Assembly (NCBI RefSeq): GCF_009914755.1
Contig: NC_060929.1
Origin: the human T2T-CHM13v2.0 reference genome, Homo sapiens
Length of the DNA: 64,000 bases
Direction: 5' to 3' (one strand)
The notes below the pieces were generated by a model. It did no database searches. It worked only from the letters and a program-made list of their open reading frames with translations, and had not been told where the DNA came from. A program made the translations under genes and the position numbers. Shown one piece after another: positions 12,791 to 25,368 of the stretch (positions within the stretch are counted from its first letter, which is position 1; the number at the start of each line of letters is the position of its first letter).

Positions 12791-14515
12791 ACACCCTTTC
12801 ACTTGAGATTGTTTTCTAGTGGTCACCCTTAACTTGATGCCAAAATTTACAAAGCCTGGCTTTGCCATTCCCAAGGTTGCATTCATCCGGGTCGCCCGGA
12901 GGTCCTAGGGTAAATCCTGTCATCCAGGTACAGTCATCGCCAAGCCCCTGTTGATGTTGACAAGGCCAGTAGAAGGTAGGCAGAGGCCTGAGATGGCAGG
13001 GACGGGGGCCCATGGCTTGGAGGCTGCCCTTGCAGTGGGCAGCGGGAGTGATGATGAAGTTGTTGCCAGCTCTGGGAGGTCCAGCCCATAAGCAAAGCCT
13101 GGATTAAAGATACCTGCGACCCAGAGTCCAACCTGGGAGGTGTGCGGGAATGTTGTATCTCCCAGTGGGTGGGGCTCTAGAGAGAGCCTCCAGCTTCAGA
13201 GCTTCAGCAAGGAGCCAGGAGTGCAGGCATGCAGGCCTTTAAATTTAAACATGCAAATCTAGGACCAGAGAGTTGGGTTAGGAGACCAGGCAAAATCTAT
13301 GGGATGAGAACTTAAGTGACTCTCCCTGTCACTTGTGTGTTAAATTTCATTTGCAGGCAATCCAGTTGAAGCTCTGCAGGGCCTAAATTGATACTGAGGT
13401 TTAGGCTGCTGATGTGTTTTCATCCACACCCAGGTCTGACTCAGACAGCAAGGAGGGAGGAAGGTTAGCCTGCGGTTGCACCCAGCTGCGAGGAGCTGCA
13501 GGAGGTGGAGGGACCAAGGCAGGAGCTGACGATAAGGAATTTCCAAGCCTATGAGTATGACAGCGCCAAGTGTCGGGTCTGTTTCAGTTCAGTTGTTTTG
13601 GTCCCGTTGAGGGGTGAGGGACCACGCTGGACTGAGATTGCCACAGCTGCTGAGCGTGATGATGACTGAGAAGCCATCTAGGTCAAGCACCAGGGTCTGG
13701 TTGCTGACTCTCTGCCAGTGTGCTCCAGTTCAGACCCAAGCAATTCACCTTGCATTTGCCTGAGTGAAGTAAACAGGATTTCTAGAAAGTTAACGGCAGC
13801 AGAGCACGCATACCTAAGGGCAGTAGTTGGCCTACTTTATTCCATTTCAATGTGTCTAAGCTTTTTGTTACACCATATAAATATGGAACTGAAGCTTCTT
13901 GTGTTTAAATTACCCAATACCTCTTTTCTTCTTGTTTTTTCAGACATAAGGTCTTTCTTTACTGCTGTCTTTGGGTTCCGTCTCAAATCATCTCCTGTTG
14001 TAATTGCACAACTCATACAATGGAAAGCTTCTATAGAACTGCCAGGAATGTCTGTACATCTTTTCAAGTGTAAATTAAAAAAAAAAAACTTGATTCAAGG
14101 CTATTACAGTTGCGTAAGTATCCAATCTCATTCACCTTCTATAAAAGAGTCAGATAAAGTTGTTAAATGAGCTCAACAGAGCAGGATGATCCAAAATGAA
14201 AAAAAAAAATCAGAGCTTTTTCTGAGTGCTCAATAGAAAGGCTAGCCAGACAGCTTGAAGGAAAGGGGCAAAGAGGGCTTGTGTTCTTCTGCCTAATTGC
14301 AGGCTGCATCCTGTGTCGGCACCCCCATGGGACTGCAGAGAACGGGAAATAGAAATGCACATCTCTGCACCAACATCGGGGAAATGATCATTCCTGGGAG
14401 ATGAAAATCTGCACATGGCACCATAAGCCTAACATCTGTGTCTGGAGGCTGCAATCGCCTGAGTCTAGCCAGGAGAAAATGCAGAAACTCTGCTTGGTCT
14501 TTTCTCCATTGACTG

Positions 14516-15193
14516 TGACAACCAAAATAAGTGACTGAGACGTAAGTCTCAATTATCGAGGTTTATGAAGACACCTGCTTTAGGGTGCGTCTGGGAAAAA
14601 CAAGAGCTACAGACACATTTGTGGCTGTTTCTCTGAAGAGGTTTTCAGGAGAGTTAGTATTTATTTATACATTTCCTTAAACGGGGGAAAGGAATGTAAG
14701 AAGAGAGGCAGGTAGGCAGTAAAACACTCCTCTGAGACTTTAGTTACTGCCCAGTGAATTTTACATAAGGTGAATGTCTGAAGAGAAAAAGGGGATAAAG
14801 AAAGAGGTGATTATGCAGATGTCTCTGGGTAGGTGGAGGAATGACTGATCACATCCTGTCTTTTCTCTGCACCTGGAAAAATAAGCTTGTAATCAACAGT
14901 ATCAGTGTGGAATCAACAGACTTTACTCTTATGATCTGGACTTAGATTATAGGCCTAAAGTTACACTTGGTATGCCCTGTTTATGGGAGGCCAGCAAAGC
15001 ATTTACTTATGAATGATTGGTGGGGCAGCCCTTCCAGATGCCCGAGGCCTTTTCCTTTCCATGGGGATTTGGCTGAAGCATGATGTTAGTAACAGCCATG
15101 CATTTGGAAGAAAGGGTTGCATGACTCAGCCTCCGGGCTCAAGCTTCCCTTTTGAAGTTTGGGAGTCTTGAAGATTTTTTATTTTCCTTTACA
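14516..15193 (-). mobile_element. MER4-family ERV1 solo LTR
   Basis: Minus strand begins TGTAAAGGAAAATAAAA and ends TGTCA. Perfect 4-bp TSD ACTG at 14512-14515 and 15194-15197. Confidence 0.85.
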
Positions 15194-16759
15194 ACTGCAA
15201 AGCAACAAGGGGCCTGCTGCCTGGCTATGGAGACCCAGCCTTGGGGAGGCAGTGCTGCATGGAGGACCGGCAATGCCATCTTCCTGCCTGGTGTGTGGAC
15301 TTTATTGAGGAAACATCCATGGTGCTGAAGGCTAGGGCACCCTCCCTGAGCTCCTGTAGAGACCTCCCTGGGCTCCCAAACTGGCCTTCACTTTTGCTTC
15401 CCATGCCCAGGCAACAGAAGCAGAGCAAGTCTCTCTTGTCACCTCAGGGTTAACTTTGGACACCTTTCATTTCACCCCACAAAGGCCCTTGCTGTGCCTT
15501 TGCTTCCTCAGTGCCTTCTGCCTATGACAGCTGTAGGCATCAGTGTAAACTGGATTGTGCACTAGGCACAAATGGACACAAGTTATTTCTGGATGTGGAT
15601 GATGAAATACCATGGTCCTGCTCCCTGCTCAGAACGTTCAGATGAAACCAACGCACACTGGACCACCGTGCCTGCAGCCCAAGTTCTGGTGAGGAATGTT
15701 CTGGGGGAGTGAAGAGAACCATAGAGGAGACTGGTGAAGGTTTTGAGATCATTGGTGGGCTCTCATGGGCAACTTTGTTGGGGCGAGGATGCTGGCATGA
15801 GGAGGCTGGCCGGGCAGGGAGAGGACCTGCTGTGAGTGCCTCCTCCAGGAGGCTACTGGCCGGGGAGTCCCAGGCTCCACCTCCAAGACTCACACATCTT
15901 GGAGACCATGAGCAAGGCTACAGTGGAGCAGGTGACCACATCCAGGCAGCACACTAGCCTTTTCTGTCTCCAATCACCTGCTGGGCTTCCTCTGCCTCTT
16001 GGCAAATCAAAGACGCCAACTTAAATTTACCTCTTCAAGGAGAAGAGCGGGCAGCCTAACTCTCTCCCTTCTCCTTCGAGGACATAAGGGACTCTGAGAG
16101 TTTCCAGTCCAGCGAGGTCAGGTGTGAGGCACCAGTGTAGAAGAAAGAGCCCCCACGTCAGTTAGCACCTCGGCCTGTGGCCTTGGCATTAATTTACTTG
16201 TGCGATCCCAGGCTGTCCCTTTGTGTGCTCCCCGGAAGGACCAATTATCACTTTCTCCTGGTCCTGAGAAAATCACAGCGGACTGGAGGAAATGAGGTTA
16301 CAGCCCGCATCCACCAGTCAGGGCACACTTTCACAAAGTCGCATGGACAGCGCTGAGCCTTTTGAGTGCTTTACAGCATTAAAGAAAAACAGTATATAAT
16401 AAGTTGTTGATGTACAATTATTATATGTCAAGTAAAAAATAAAGAAAAAAGCAGTAAGAACAATAACTAGATGTTGAAACAATTTCTTGGCAATTGGGCC
16501 TATGGTAAGTAATTCTTTACAAAGTTGTTGATTTTTCTAACATATTATCTTGATTTTCATTAAATAATAAAATAATCTCAGTGAACCTAAATCAATTTTA
16601 TTTTTTTAAAATAAATTTCTGTATTTATTTCTGAGCTATGTGCATGTCTATTACTGAGTATATATAAATAATGGCCATGCATCCATGGATGTTTAATCAG
16701 GAAAGTACTAAGTTGTTAAAAATAAATCCTCCTGAAATTTGGCAACATGAATGGAAAGA

Positions 16760-17220
16760 CTTAAAAACTAACACATATTTTGACCAAACAATGTATTTTC
16801 TCTTTAAATATGAAATAAGTTTTAAGAATTTACTTCAGAAATTAATTAGGCATATTCCAAATTGTATACACAGAGATTATTGTTACAGTATTTTTTACAA
16901 AGCAAAAATTAGAAACAATATATAGATCTAACAGAGCTGATTAAATAACTAGTGGTACATTATAAACTCATTAAATCACATTGCAGGAGAAGACTTAATG
17001 ACACAGTAAAATGCTTAGCATAGTTTTTTTAGTTAAAAAAGCAGGTTACATAACAGTATGTACTTTATATTCTGGAAGTTGTAGGAAAAGTGCATATGCC
17101 ATCAAAGAAAAAAGAACATATAGAATTTTTAAGTGATTATTTTGGGATGGTTTGATGATTATTTTCATTTTTCTTTCTTGAACTTTCTAATTTTTTTTCA
17201 AGTCTATAATATGTAAGCAT
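16760..17220 (+). mobile_element. Degraded L1ME 3' fragment
   Basis: gattaaataactagtggtacatt...aaaaagcaggttacataacagtatgtac. Confidence 0.55.
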
Positions 17221-17946
17221 TAAATTTGGTTAGCAAAGAACAATAGATTTTATACAGAAAATAAACTTCTTTATGTATAGTATTTTTATGTTTAATAGGA
17301 TATTACTGACATTAATTATACTGCATATATTTACAGAGTACAGTTTGGTGAAGTCTTGACCAATATATACACCTGAGCAACCATCATCACAATCAAGACA
17401 AGTGCATCCATCACTGCTGAGTGTCCGCACTCCCCTCGGCACTCTCCCTCCTACCTCCCTGTGCAGCCCCAGCCCCATGTCTGAGCAATCCCTGATCTGC
17501 TTCCTGCTGCTCTGTCACTGGAGTCTAGTTTTCATTGTCTACAATTTTATGTAAATGGAACCATATAGTATTGTGCTTCTTTTGCCTATGTTCTTTCACA
17601 CAGTATAATTATTTCAAGATTATTGCAAGTTGTGGCATGCATTACTAGGTCATTCTTCTTTATGGCTGACTAGTGTTTTATTGCATGAATACACCTGTTT
17701 ATTTGTCCCTTCTCCTGTTGGCGGGCATTTGAGTTATTTCCAAGTTTTGTTCATTACAAATGAGGCTAGCATCAATAATAGTGCATTAATCTTTATATGC
17801 TTTCAGCTCTCGTGGGTAAATATTAGGAGTGGAAGGGCTGAATCACATGGAAGTTGTATAAACCTTTCAAGAAACTTCCACATTTGTTTCCAAAGGGCTT
17901 GCGCCTTTTTATATTTCTACTGTTGCCAGTAGGCCAGTTCAGATTC

Positions 17947-19177
17947 TTTTTTTTAATTTAATTTAAGTTCCAGGATACATGTGCAGGACGTGCAGGTTTG
18001 TTACATAGGAAAATGTGTGCCACGGTGGTTTGCTGCACCTGTCAACCCATCACCTAGGTATTAAGCCCAGCATGCATTAGCTATGTATCCTAATGCTCTT
18101 CCTCCCCCTGCACCCTCAACAAGCCCCAGTGTATGTTGTTCCCCTCCCTGTGTCCATGTGTTCTCATTGTTGAACTCCCACTTACATGTGAGAACATGCG
18201 GTATTTGATTTTCTGTTCCTGTGTTAGTTTGCTGAGGGTAATGGCTTCCAGATTCATTCATGTCCCTGCAGAGGCCATGATCTCATTCCTTTTTATTGCT
18301 ACATAATATTCCATGGTGTATATGTACCACATTTTCTTTATACAGTCTATCATTGATGGGCATTTGGGTTGATTCCATGTCTTTGCTATTGTGAATAGTG
18401 CTTCAATGAACATACGAGTGCATATATCTTTATAATAGAATGATTTATATTTCTTTGGGTATATACTCAGTAACAGAATTGCTGGGCCGAATGGTATTTC
18501 TGCCTCTAGGTCTCTGAGAAATCACACTGTCTTCTACAATGGCTGAACTAATTCACATTCCCACCAACAGTGTAAAAGCGTTCCTATTTCTCCACAGCCC
18601 CTCCAACATCTGTTGTTTCTTGACTTTTTAATAATAGCCATTCTGAATGGTGTGAGATGTTGTTTTGCTTTGTATTTCTCTAAGGATCAGTGATGTTGAG
18701 CTTTTTTTTCATATGTTTGTTGGCTGGATGTACATCTTCTTTTGAGAAGTGTCTGTTCATGTCCTCTGCCAAATTTTAATAGGGTTATTTGTTTATTTCT
18801 TGTAAATCTGTTTAAGTTCCTTGTAGATTCTGGATATTAGACCTTTGTCAGATGGATAGATTGCAAAAATCTTCTCCCATTCTGTAGGTTGCCTGTTCAC
18901 TCCGATGACAGTTTCTTTTGCTGTGCAGAAGCTCTTTAGTTTAATTAGATCCCATTTGTCAATTTTGGCTTTTGTTGCAATTGCTTTTGGTGTTTTTGTC
19001 ATGAAATCTTTGCCCGTGCCTATGTCCTGAATGGTATTTTCTAGATTTTCTTCTAGGGTTTTTATAGTTTTGGATTTTACATTTAAGTCTTTAATCCATT
19101 TTGAGTTAATTTTTGCATAAGGTGTAAAGAAGGGGTCCAGTTTCAATTTTCGGCATATGGCTAACTTGTTTTCCCAG
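17947..19177 (-). mobile_element. L1PA8-like 5'-truncated L1
   Basis: Diagnostic 3' end ggatacatgtgcaggacgtgcaggtttgttacatagg. Minus ORF 18793-19191 [28 protein letters not shown] is L1 ORF2. Confidence 0.92.
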
Positions 19178-19730
19178 TGACTTTGCCACACAAAATAATT
19201 TTAGAGCAAGTCCAAAGTAAGAGTAAGCCAATAAATTTATTACAAAGCAAATGTACATGCTGAGAGACAGAGCAGGCTGCTTAAGGTGAGAGACAGCAGC
19301 TAGTGCCTTAAGAGGAATTCTTTTTATGGGAGCTGTTCATATATATTCAAAAAATTCCTGTGAGGTACAAAGTGTGCAAAGTATTCAAAGGTAGATGTGA
19401 GGTTGGTGCATGTGCTCAGTAACTACAAACTCTAAGATGCATCACACGTATCATTAGCATTGAAAATCCCTACCTATGGGTGTGCTTTTTACTGCTAAGA
19501 TGAGGAAAAGTTTACTATAAGCTAAACCTTGAGCCTAGCTGCACATGTGGGACCCAGAGAAGTCCCTGCCCCCACCCTCCTCCCAGGTAGGAATTTGTAG
19601 CAAAAAGTTCCTTGAGCTTTTTGTGCTGATTGGCTAGAGAGTGGGGAAGCTAAATCAGAAATAAGGGATTTTTGTTCTCTTTCTTGGGCCCTTATTGGAT
19701 ATCAGGAATGTGCAACCATCTGGCAGTTGA

Positions 19731-19897
19731 CTGGTGTCCTGTAGGCTGCTTACCTGGTGTCGTGTAGGGCTGCTTACCTGGTGTCCTTCAGGGCTGCATA
19801 CCTGGTGTCCTGCAGGGCTGTGTACCTGGTGTCCTGCAGGGCTGTGTACTTAGTGTCTCACAGGGCTGCTTACCTGGTGTCCTGCAGGGCTGCTTAC
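19731..19897. repeat. 24-bp minisatellite, 7 copies, inside the LTR
   Basis: Unit ctggtgtcctgcagggctgcttac with variants; the first copy is 23 bp. Confidence 0.92.
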
Positions 19898-20499
19898 ATT
19901 GCAAAACAGTTAGATGCTGACACACCATGAGGGTGCAAGTGCAAGGAGCCAGCTGCATGTGAAAGGGGCCCAAGGGGCTTCATGCAAGGGGACAAGTCAG
20001 TATGGCCTCCCAACCTCACTCATCCTGCCTCACTAACAGCAGTGAGAAAGAGTTCCAGTTGTTCCATATCCTCACATGCACTTGGTGTGGCCAGTCTTTT
20101 TAACTTCTAGCCATTCTAATATAAGTAAAAATGGTATCTCATTGTGATTTTAATTTGCATTGTCTTAATGACTAATGATGTTGAACAATTTTTTGTGTGT
20201 TTATTTACCTACATATATAATTTTTATGAAAGTGTCTGTTAAATATCTGAAGAAGAAAATGTCTCCCAACTTACTGTATGAGGCCAATATTACCCAGATA
20301 ACCAAGTAATGTTCATTTCCAGGAATGCAAAGCTTGTTTGTCATCAATCATGTTAAGCAACTAGCAAAGAAAGAATACATGATAATCCCAACAGATATAG
20401 AAAACCTATTTGGCAAAATCCAACATGTATTCCTGATTTAAAAAAAAATCTTTCAGTGAATTAGGAATAAAGGGAAGTTTCTTTACTTGAAAAAATACA

Positions 20500-20570
20500 T
20501 CTATGTATGTATGTATATGTGTATATATGTATGTATGTTTGTATGTATGTATCTATCTATCTATCTACCT
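20500..20570. repeat. (TATG)n/(TCTA)n microsatellite
   Basis: Directly visible in the sequence. Confidence 0.9.
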
Positions 20571-20809
20571 ACAGATAGCATCATGCCTAATGGAAGAAAA
20601 AGGCTGAATATTTTCCCCCTAAACTGAGGAACAAGACTGGGGTGTCCTCTTCTGCCATTTGTATTCGACCTTGTACTGAAGGTTCTAAAACCGTGCAGTA
20701 AGGCAAGAAAAATGAATAAAATGCATTGTGATTAGAAAGGGAAGAGTACAATGTCTTTATTCATGAACGTCATGTCTACGTAAAACATTAGGTGGAATGT
20801 ACCAGAAAT

Positions 20810-21154
<345 letters not shown>

Positions 21155-22455
21155 TAAATTTAATACAATTTCAGAATAGAAAAACAGTATGCAAAAAAAA
21201 TTGATGATAAATCCTAAAATGATGTGAAATATCTTTGCATTTAAAACTACAAAACATGGTTGACAGAAATTTTAAAAGACCTAAATAAATTGATTAGGTG
21301 TCTGGGCTATATCCTTAGGTCAGAAATTAAGAAGTCAGTTCTGCCTACATTGCTTTGTAGATTCAACTTAATTCCAATAAAAATCAATGCATCTCTTTAG
21401 ATTGTGTGAATTGACAGATTGATTCTACATTTCATATGGAATTTCAAAGGATCTGGAATAGCAAATACAAGGTTTTCGTTTTTGTTTTTGTTTTCTTTAA
21501 ATAAAGTTGGAGAAGAAATGCTACCTTACTCAAAGACTCATTATAAAGATACAACAATCAACACAGTATGATGTTGGTGTAAAGGTGGGCAAATAGGTGA
21601 ATGGGACAGCATAAAGTCCACAAGCAGACCCACCTGTACATGGATAACGAATTCCAACAAAGGTGCAAAGGTGACACAGTAGAGAAATAATAATACTGCA
21701 AAAAAACATTTTATGCCTTGTACCCTGTTAAAAATGAATTCAATAGAACATAACTGACCTGCATTATCTTTCTCATCCTTCTCATCCTTCAACCTCTCCT
21801 GGGCAAATACCCCAGAGTCCACCTGTGGTCCCACAGTAATAGTTAATGATACTCTCTTTATTGTATCTAAATGTAAAATCTAAAACAATACACTTTTAGG
21901 AAATAAACATTTATGATCATCAATTAGGCAAAGATCTTTTAAGATATAACTGAAGAAGCATAATAGCAAAATGACAAATTAACAAATTGGACGTCATAAA
22001 ATCAAACACATCTGCTTTTTGAAAGGCACTCTGAAGAGAAAGAAAAGAAAAGCCACAGACTAAAAGACAATATTTGCAAATCTAATATCTGATAAAGCCC
22101 TTGTGTCCAGAATATATAAAGAACCCTCAAAACTCAACAATAATAACATAATTCAAGTTTAAAAAGTTTAAAAAGGACTATATTTAGTTTTTAAATTATA
22201 GTTAGCCATTTGACATTTTTAAAGATTTTTTTTCATTTTTCTTATATGTTGTCATTTCCAAAATCAACTACTGGGTCAGAAATAAGAATCTACCTGTATT
22301 TCTCATGATTCCAGTAACTGGCAACAGAACATCTACTGAAAATTCCATCTTTCCCTTAAAATGCTCAGTGAAGACGGAAGAATATGGATCAGGCATTTGA
22401 AGTCTCAGCTTTGTGACTCACCACTGCTTTTCCTTAGTTTAAAAGTGTAAGGTGT

Positions 22456-22800
22456 CGTATTAGTCTGTTTTTATGGGGCTGATAAAGACATACCAGAGAC
22501 TGGGTAAAATACAAAGAAAGAGGTTTATTAGACTTGTAGTTCCATGTGGCTGGGGAGGCCTCACAATCATGGCAGAAGGCAAGGAGACGTGGATGGTGGC
22601 ACGCAATGAGAGAGCTTGTGCAGGGGAACTCCCATTATTAAAACCATCAAATCTCATGAGACTGATTCACTAACATGAGACCAGCAACGGAAACCCCCAT
22701 TATTCAATTACCTCCCACCGGGTTCCTCCCACAACACGTGGGAATTGTGAGAGTACAATTCAAGATGGAATTTGGGTGGGGACACAGCCAAACCATATCA
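22456..22800 (-). mobile_element. THE1B-like MaLR solo LTR
   Basis: gtattagtctgtt...gataaagacatacc...ggggacacagccaaaccatatca. TSD ggtgt/ggcat. Confidence 0.9.
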
Positions 22801-24269
22801 GGCATATTCAAACAAAATATGTTTCAATTTCCATGGACAATTTCTGTGCAGCTTCTATTTTGACCCAGGTTCTCTGTGGAATATGAGGCCAGGGATGGGA
22901 AGGATGGGGAGGATGACAGGACTCACGAATGCAGTCCAGCTCATGCTAGGCCAGGAGGAGAGCCACAGTGTCTCACACTCCATACATGCTTCCCAGTAGA
23001 CCGTGGGCATGAGACCAAGTGGTCATGCTCATACAACTCGACCTTCATGCTGTAGACTTCTGCAAACCCTTTGTGAATGGTTGGATGATTTGAGCTCCTC
23101 TAATAAATGAAATGGCATATAACTCTGATGGGATATAGTTCTGAATTTTTGTACAGATGATCTGTAAGTTGGATTAAAGGTGTTTTGCTTTGTTGTTTTG
23201 TTTTCCCTAACAAGTTGCATATGCCTGGATGTAAACTTCCTTTAAAGTGAGCTCACTGGATCCTGACATGTTACTGTCAATTACTCAAGAGGTTAAAAAT
23301 TTGCTCTTTTTGTAGAATCTGCTGGGCTCTTAGCTAGGGGAGTATTCCTTCAGATCATTTTAGCCAGCTAGCATTTAAGATAAAATTTAATACCAATAAA
23401 TTTTTCATTGTGCAGGAAACATTGAATGCTAGAGGCTAACACATGATGAAGCTGATAAGAACAGACAGACAAATTTAATAAAATGCTGCTCTCCTAAAAT
23501 CAGAACATTTCCTGTAGTCCATGATTTACAAGGAAGGAAAGTTCTGGGAAAGCAGCCACAGTCCACTAGGCAAGATCCAAGGCCATGACCCACAGAGGCT
23601 CTGAGGTCCTCAGTGAAGGAGTAGGGCTGTGGGTCTTTCTACCAAACTGGATAGTCCACGCCATGAACTAAATAACATCCTCTTACAGATAATGCAGCCA
23701 AGGAAACTGCACCAGGTAGAAGGTAATGGCGTCAGAGGGAGTCCCTCTGAGAACTAGCACAGTTAAAGCTTGTGGGCCTTAACTTAGGTTAAGTACTGTT
23801 TAGCTACTTACATTGCCTGCATTTCATAGTGTATTGTGTATTTTCCTGTTATACATATATATAAACTGATACATGTAATATAATTTATATGTCATGAAAT
23901 CTATACATATGAAATATGTATATATTTCAAGGCACAGTGATTTCTAAAAGATAGTGCAGAATCCCCTGGGCTACAGGTGAGTTCTTTATTGGGTGGGTGG
24001 GCCTGGTGCCTGTGCAAGGCAAAGCGTTGCCCCTGAGTGGTCTCCATCTCTGGAACATACCTTGGGCATGGGCTGCATCCCTGGTTCATTTGTGGATCTT
24101 GCACTTTTAGGTCCATGATTGCTTAGCATCATGGTTCCTGGACATTTATTAGCAGATGTTGAGCAAATATTTGTGAGTCATGCGGTGCCTTCTGGGAAAT
24201 AGGAGAGCAGCTGATGTTTACTGCAGCTCTCCAACCCATGCTTGACCCATGCATCCTCCTTATTTTTCC

Positions 24270-24790
24270 TGTTTTCGATGTGCAGATGAGAGTGTGATTA
24301 GTTTTGTTTTATAAATGAGGACACTAAGGCTCAGGGAGCTTGGTTAAGAGGTGCATCTAAGTTCAGAGAGGCAGTAAGGAGAGACAGAGTTAAACCCAGG
24401 TCTATCCTGTTCTAAAGCCTTTGTTCTTTTGGGGTTTATTAATTGAAACGAATATTGGGAGAACATTTACTACATGTCAGGCACAATTTAAGGTGCTGGG
24501 AATAAAAAAATGAAAAAAACAGATAACTTTTCGTGCTCTCATGGCACTTACACTTGAGTAGGGTGAGAGGGAAAATAAGCAAGATGAATAAAATATGAAG
24601 TATGGGATCATGATAAGGGCAAAGCAGGAAAATGAGCAAGGAAGGGGAATGGCAAGCATTGTGGTCTTATGCAGGTGGCAGGGAATGCCTCCCTGAGAAC
24701 ATGGGGAGTGAGTGCTGAGGCTGCCTGGGGGAGCAGCCTTCTGGGCAGAGGGCTCAGCAAGGACAAAGGCCTTGAGGCCCAGGGCCTTGG
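24270..24790 (-). mobile_element. MIR followed by an L2 fragment
   Basis: aaatgaggacactaaggctcag (MIR) and gaacatttactacatgtcaggcac...cagcaaggacaaaggccttgagg (L2). Confidence 0.6.
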
Positions 24791-25149
24791 GGGGCATCTG
24801 ATCTTGAAGCAGCTTCAAGCACTTTAGCCTCAGAAAGTCTTCAACACACTTTGGGTTGCCTCAAAGACTTGTTTCTTATGTAAAATATGATGGGGTGAAA
24901 CTATATCTAGAAATTATAGTAAAATATATATATTTGTGTGCTTCGGTATAGAGATATAAATATTTTTAAGATGCAAATCTTTGAAATTTCCAAATTGCTC
25001 TACTTTTTCTGGTGTCTAAAGTAAGTTTTCCATTTCCATTATGTTTTCAGTCAAGTAACACTTAGCAGCGGGGGAAAGAAAAGCCTGCACATTGTTTTGC
25101 ACATTTGACTTCATCTTCACACTGATTTGAAACAGTAGACCAATAGTAA

Positions 25150-25290
25150 GACCTAGGTCCTGGTCTCACACATCTGCCTCGCTGTGGCGAGACAATGGGC
25201 AGCAGAACTCTGGGAGCCTCAGTTTTCTCATCTGTAGTGGGAGGATGATACCATTCCTCTCTCTCTAAGGGTCCTTCTAACCACCCTTCC
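25150..25290 (+). mobile_element. MIR
   Basis: gcctcagttttctcatctgta core. Confidence 0.6.
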
Positions 25291-25368
25291 ACCACTGTAC
25301 ATGGGTCTTCTGCTCTTTTCTAAACACTGGGAGTGAAAAGCAGTGGAGGTGCAGCTCCCCAGCCTGTA

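Larger units (their letters stand above)
17921..20031 (-). mobile_element. ERV1 LTR (MER50/MER66-group, family uncertain), split by L1PA8
   Basis: Plus strand reads tgttgccagtaggccagttcagattct | tgactttgccacacaaaa ... catcctgcctca. TSD ctac/ctaa. Confidence 0.7.
17280..20248 (-). mobile_element. L1MC-like 3' segment hosting a nested LTR and an L1PA8
   Basis: Antisense L1M 3'UTR at 17280-17920 resumes colinearly at 20032-20248. Confidence 0.75.

Noticed and set aside
13718-14170. 150-aa ORF in unique sequence (also 9826-10254 and 49413-49865)
   Set aside because: No recognisable domain or coding-like composition. The 13718 ORF starts at GTG, and such lengths are expected by chance in 64 kb.
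18793-19191. 132-aa ORF with clear protein homology
   Set aside because: It is a fragment of L1 ORF2 in a 5'-truncated L1PA8 and is not a functional CDS.
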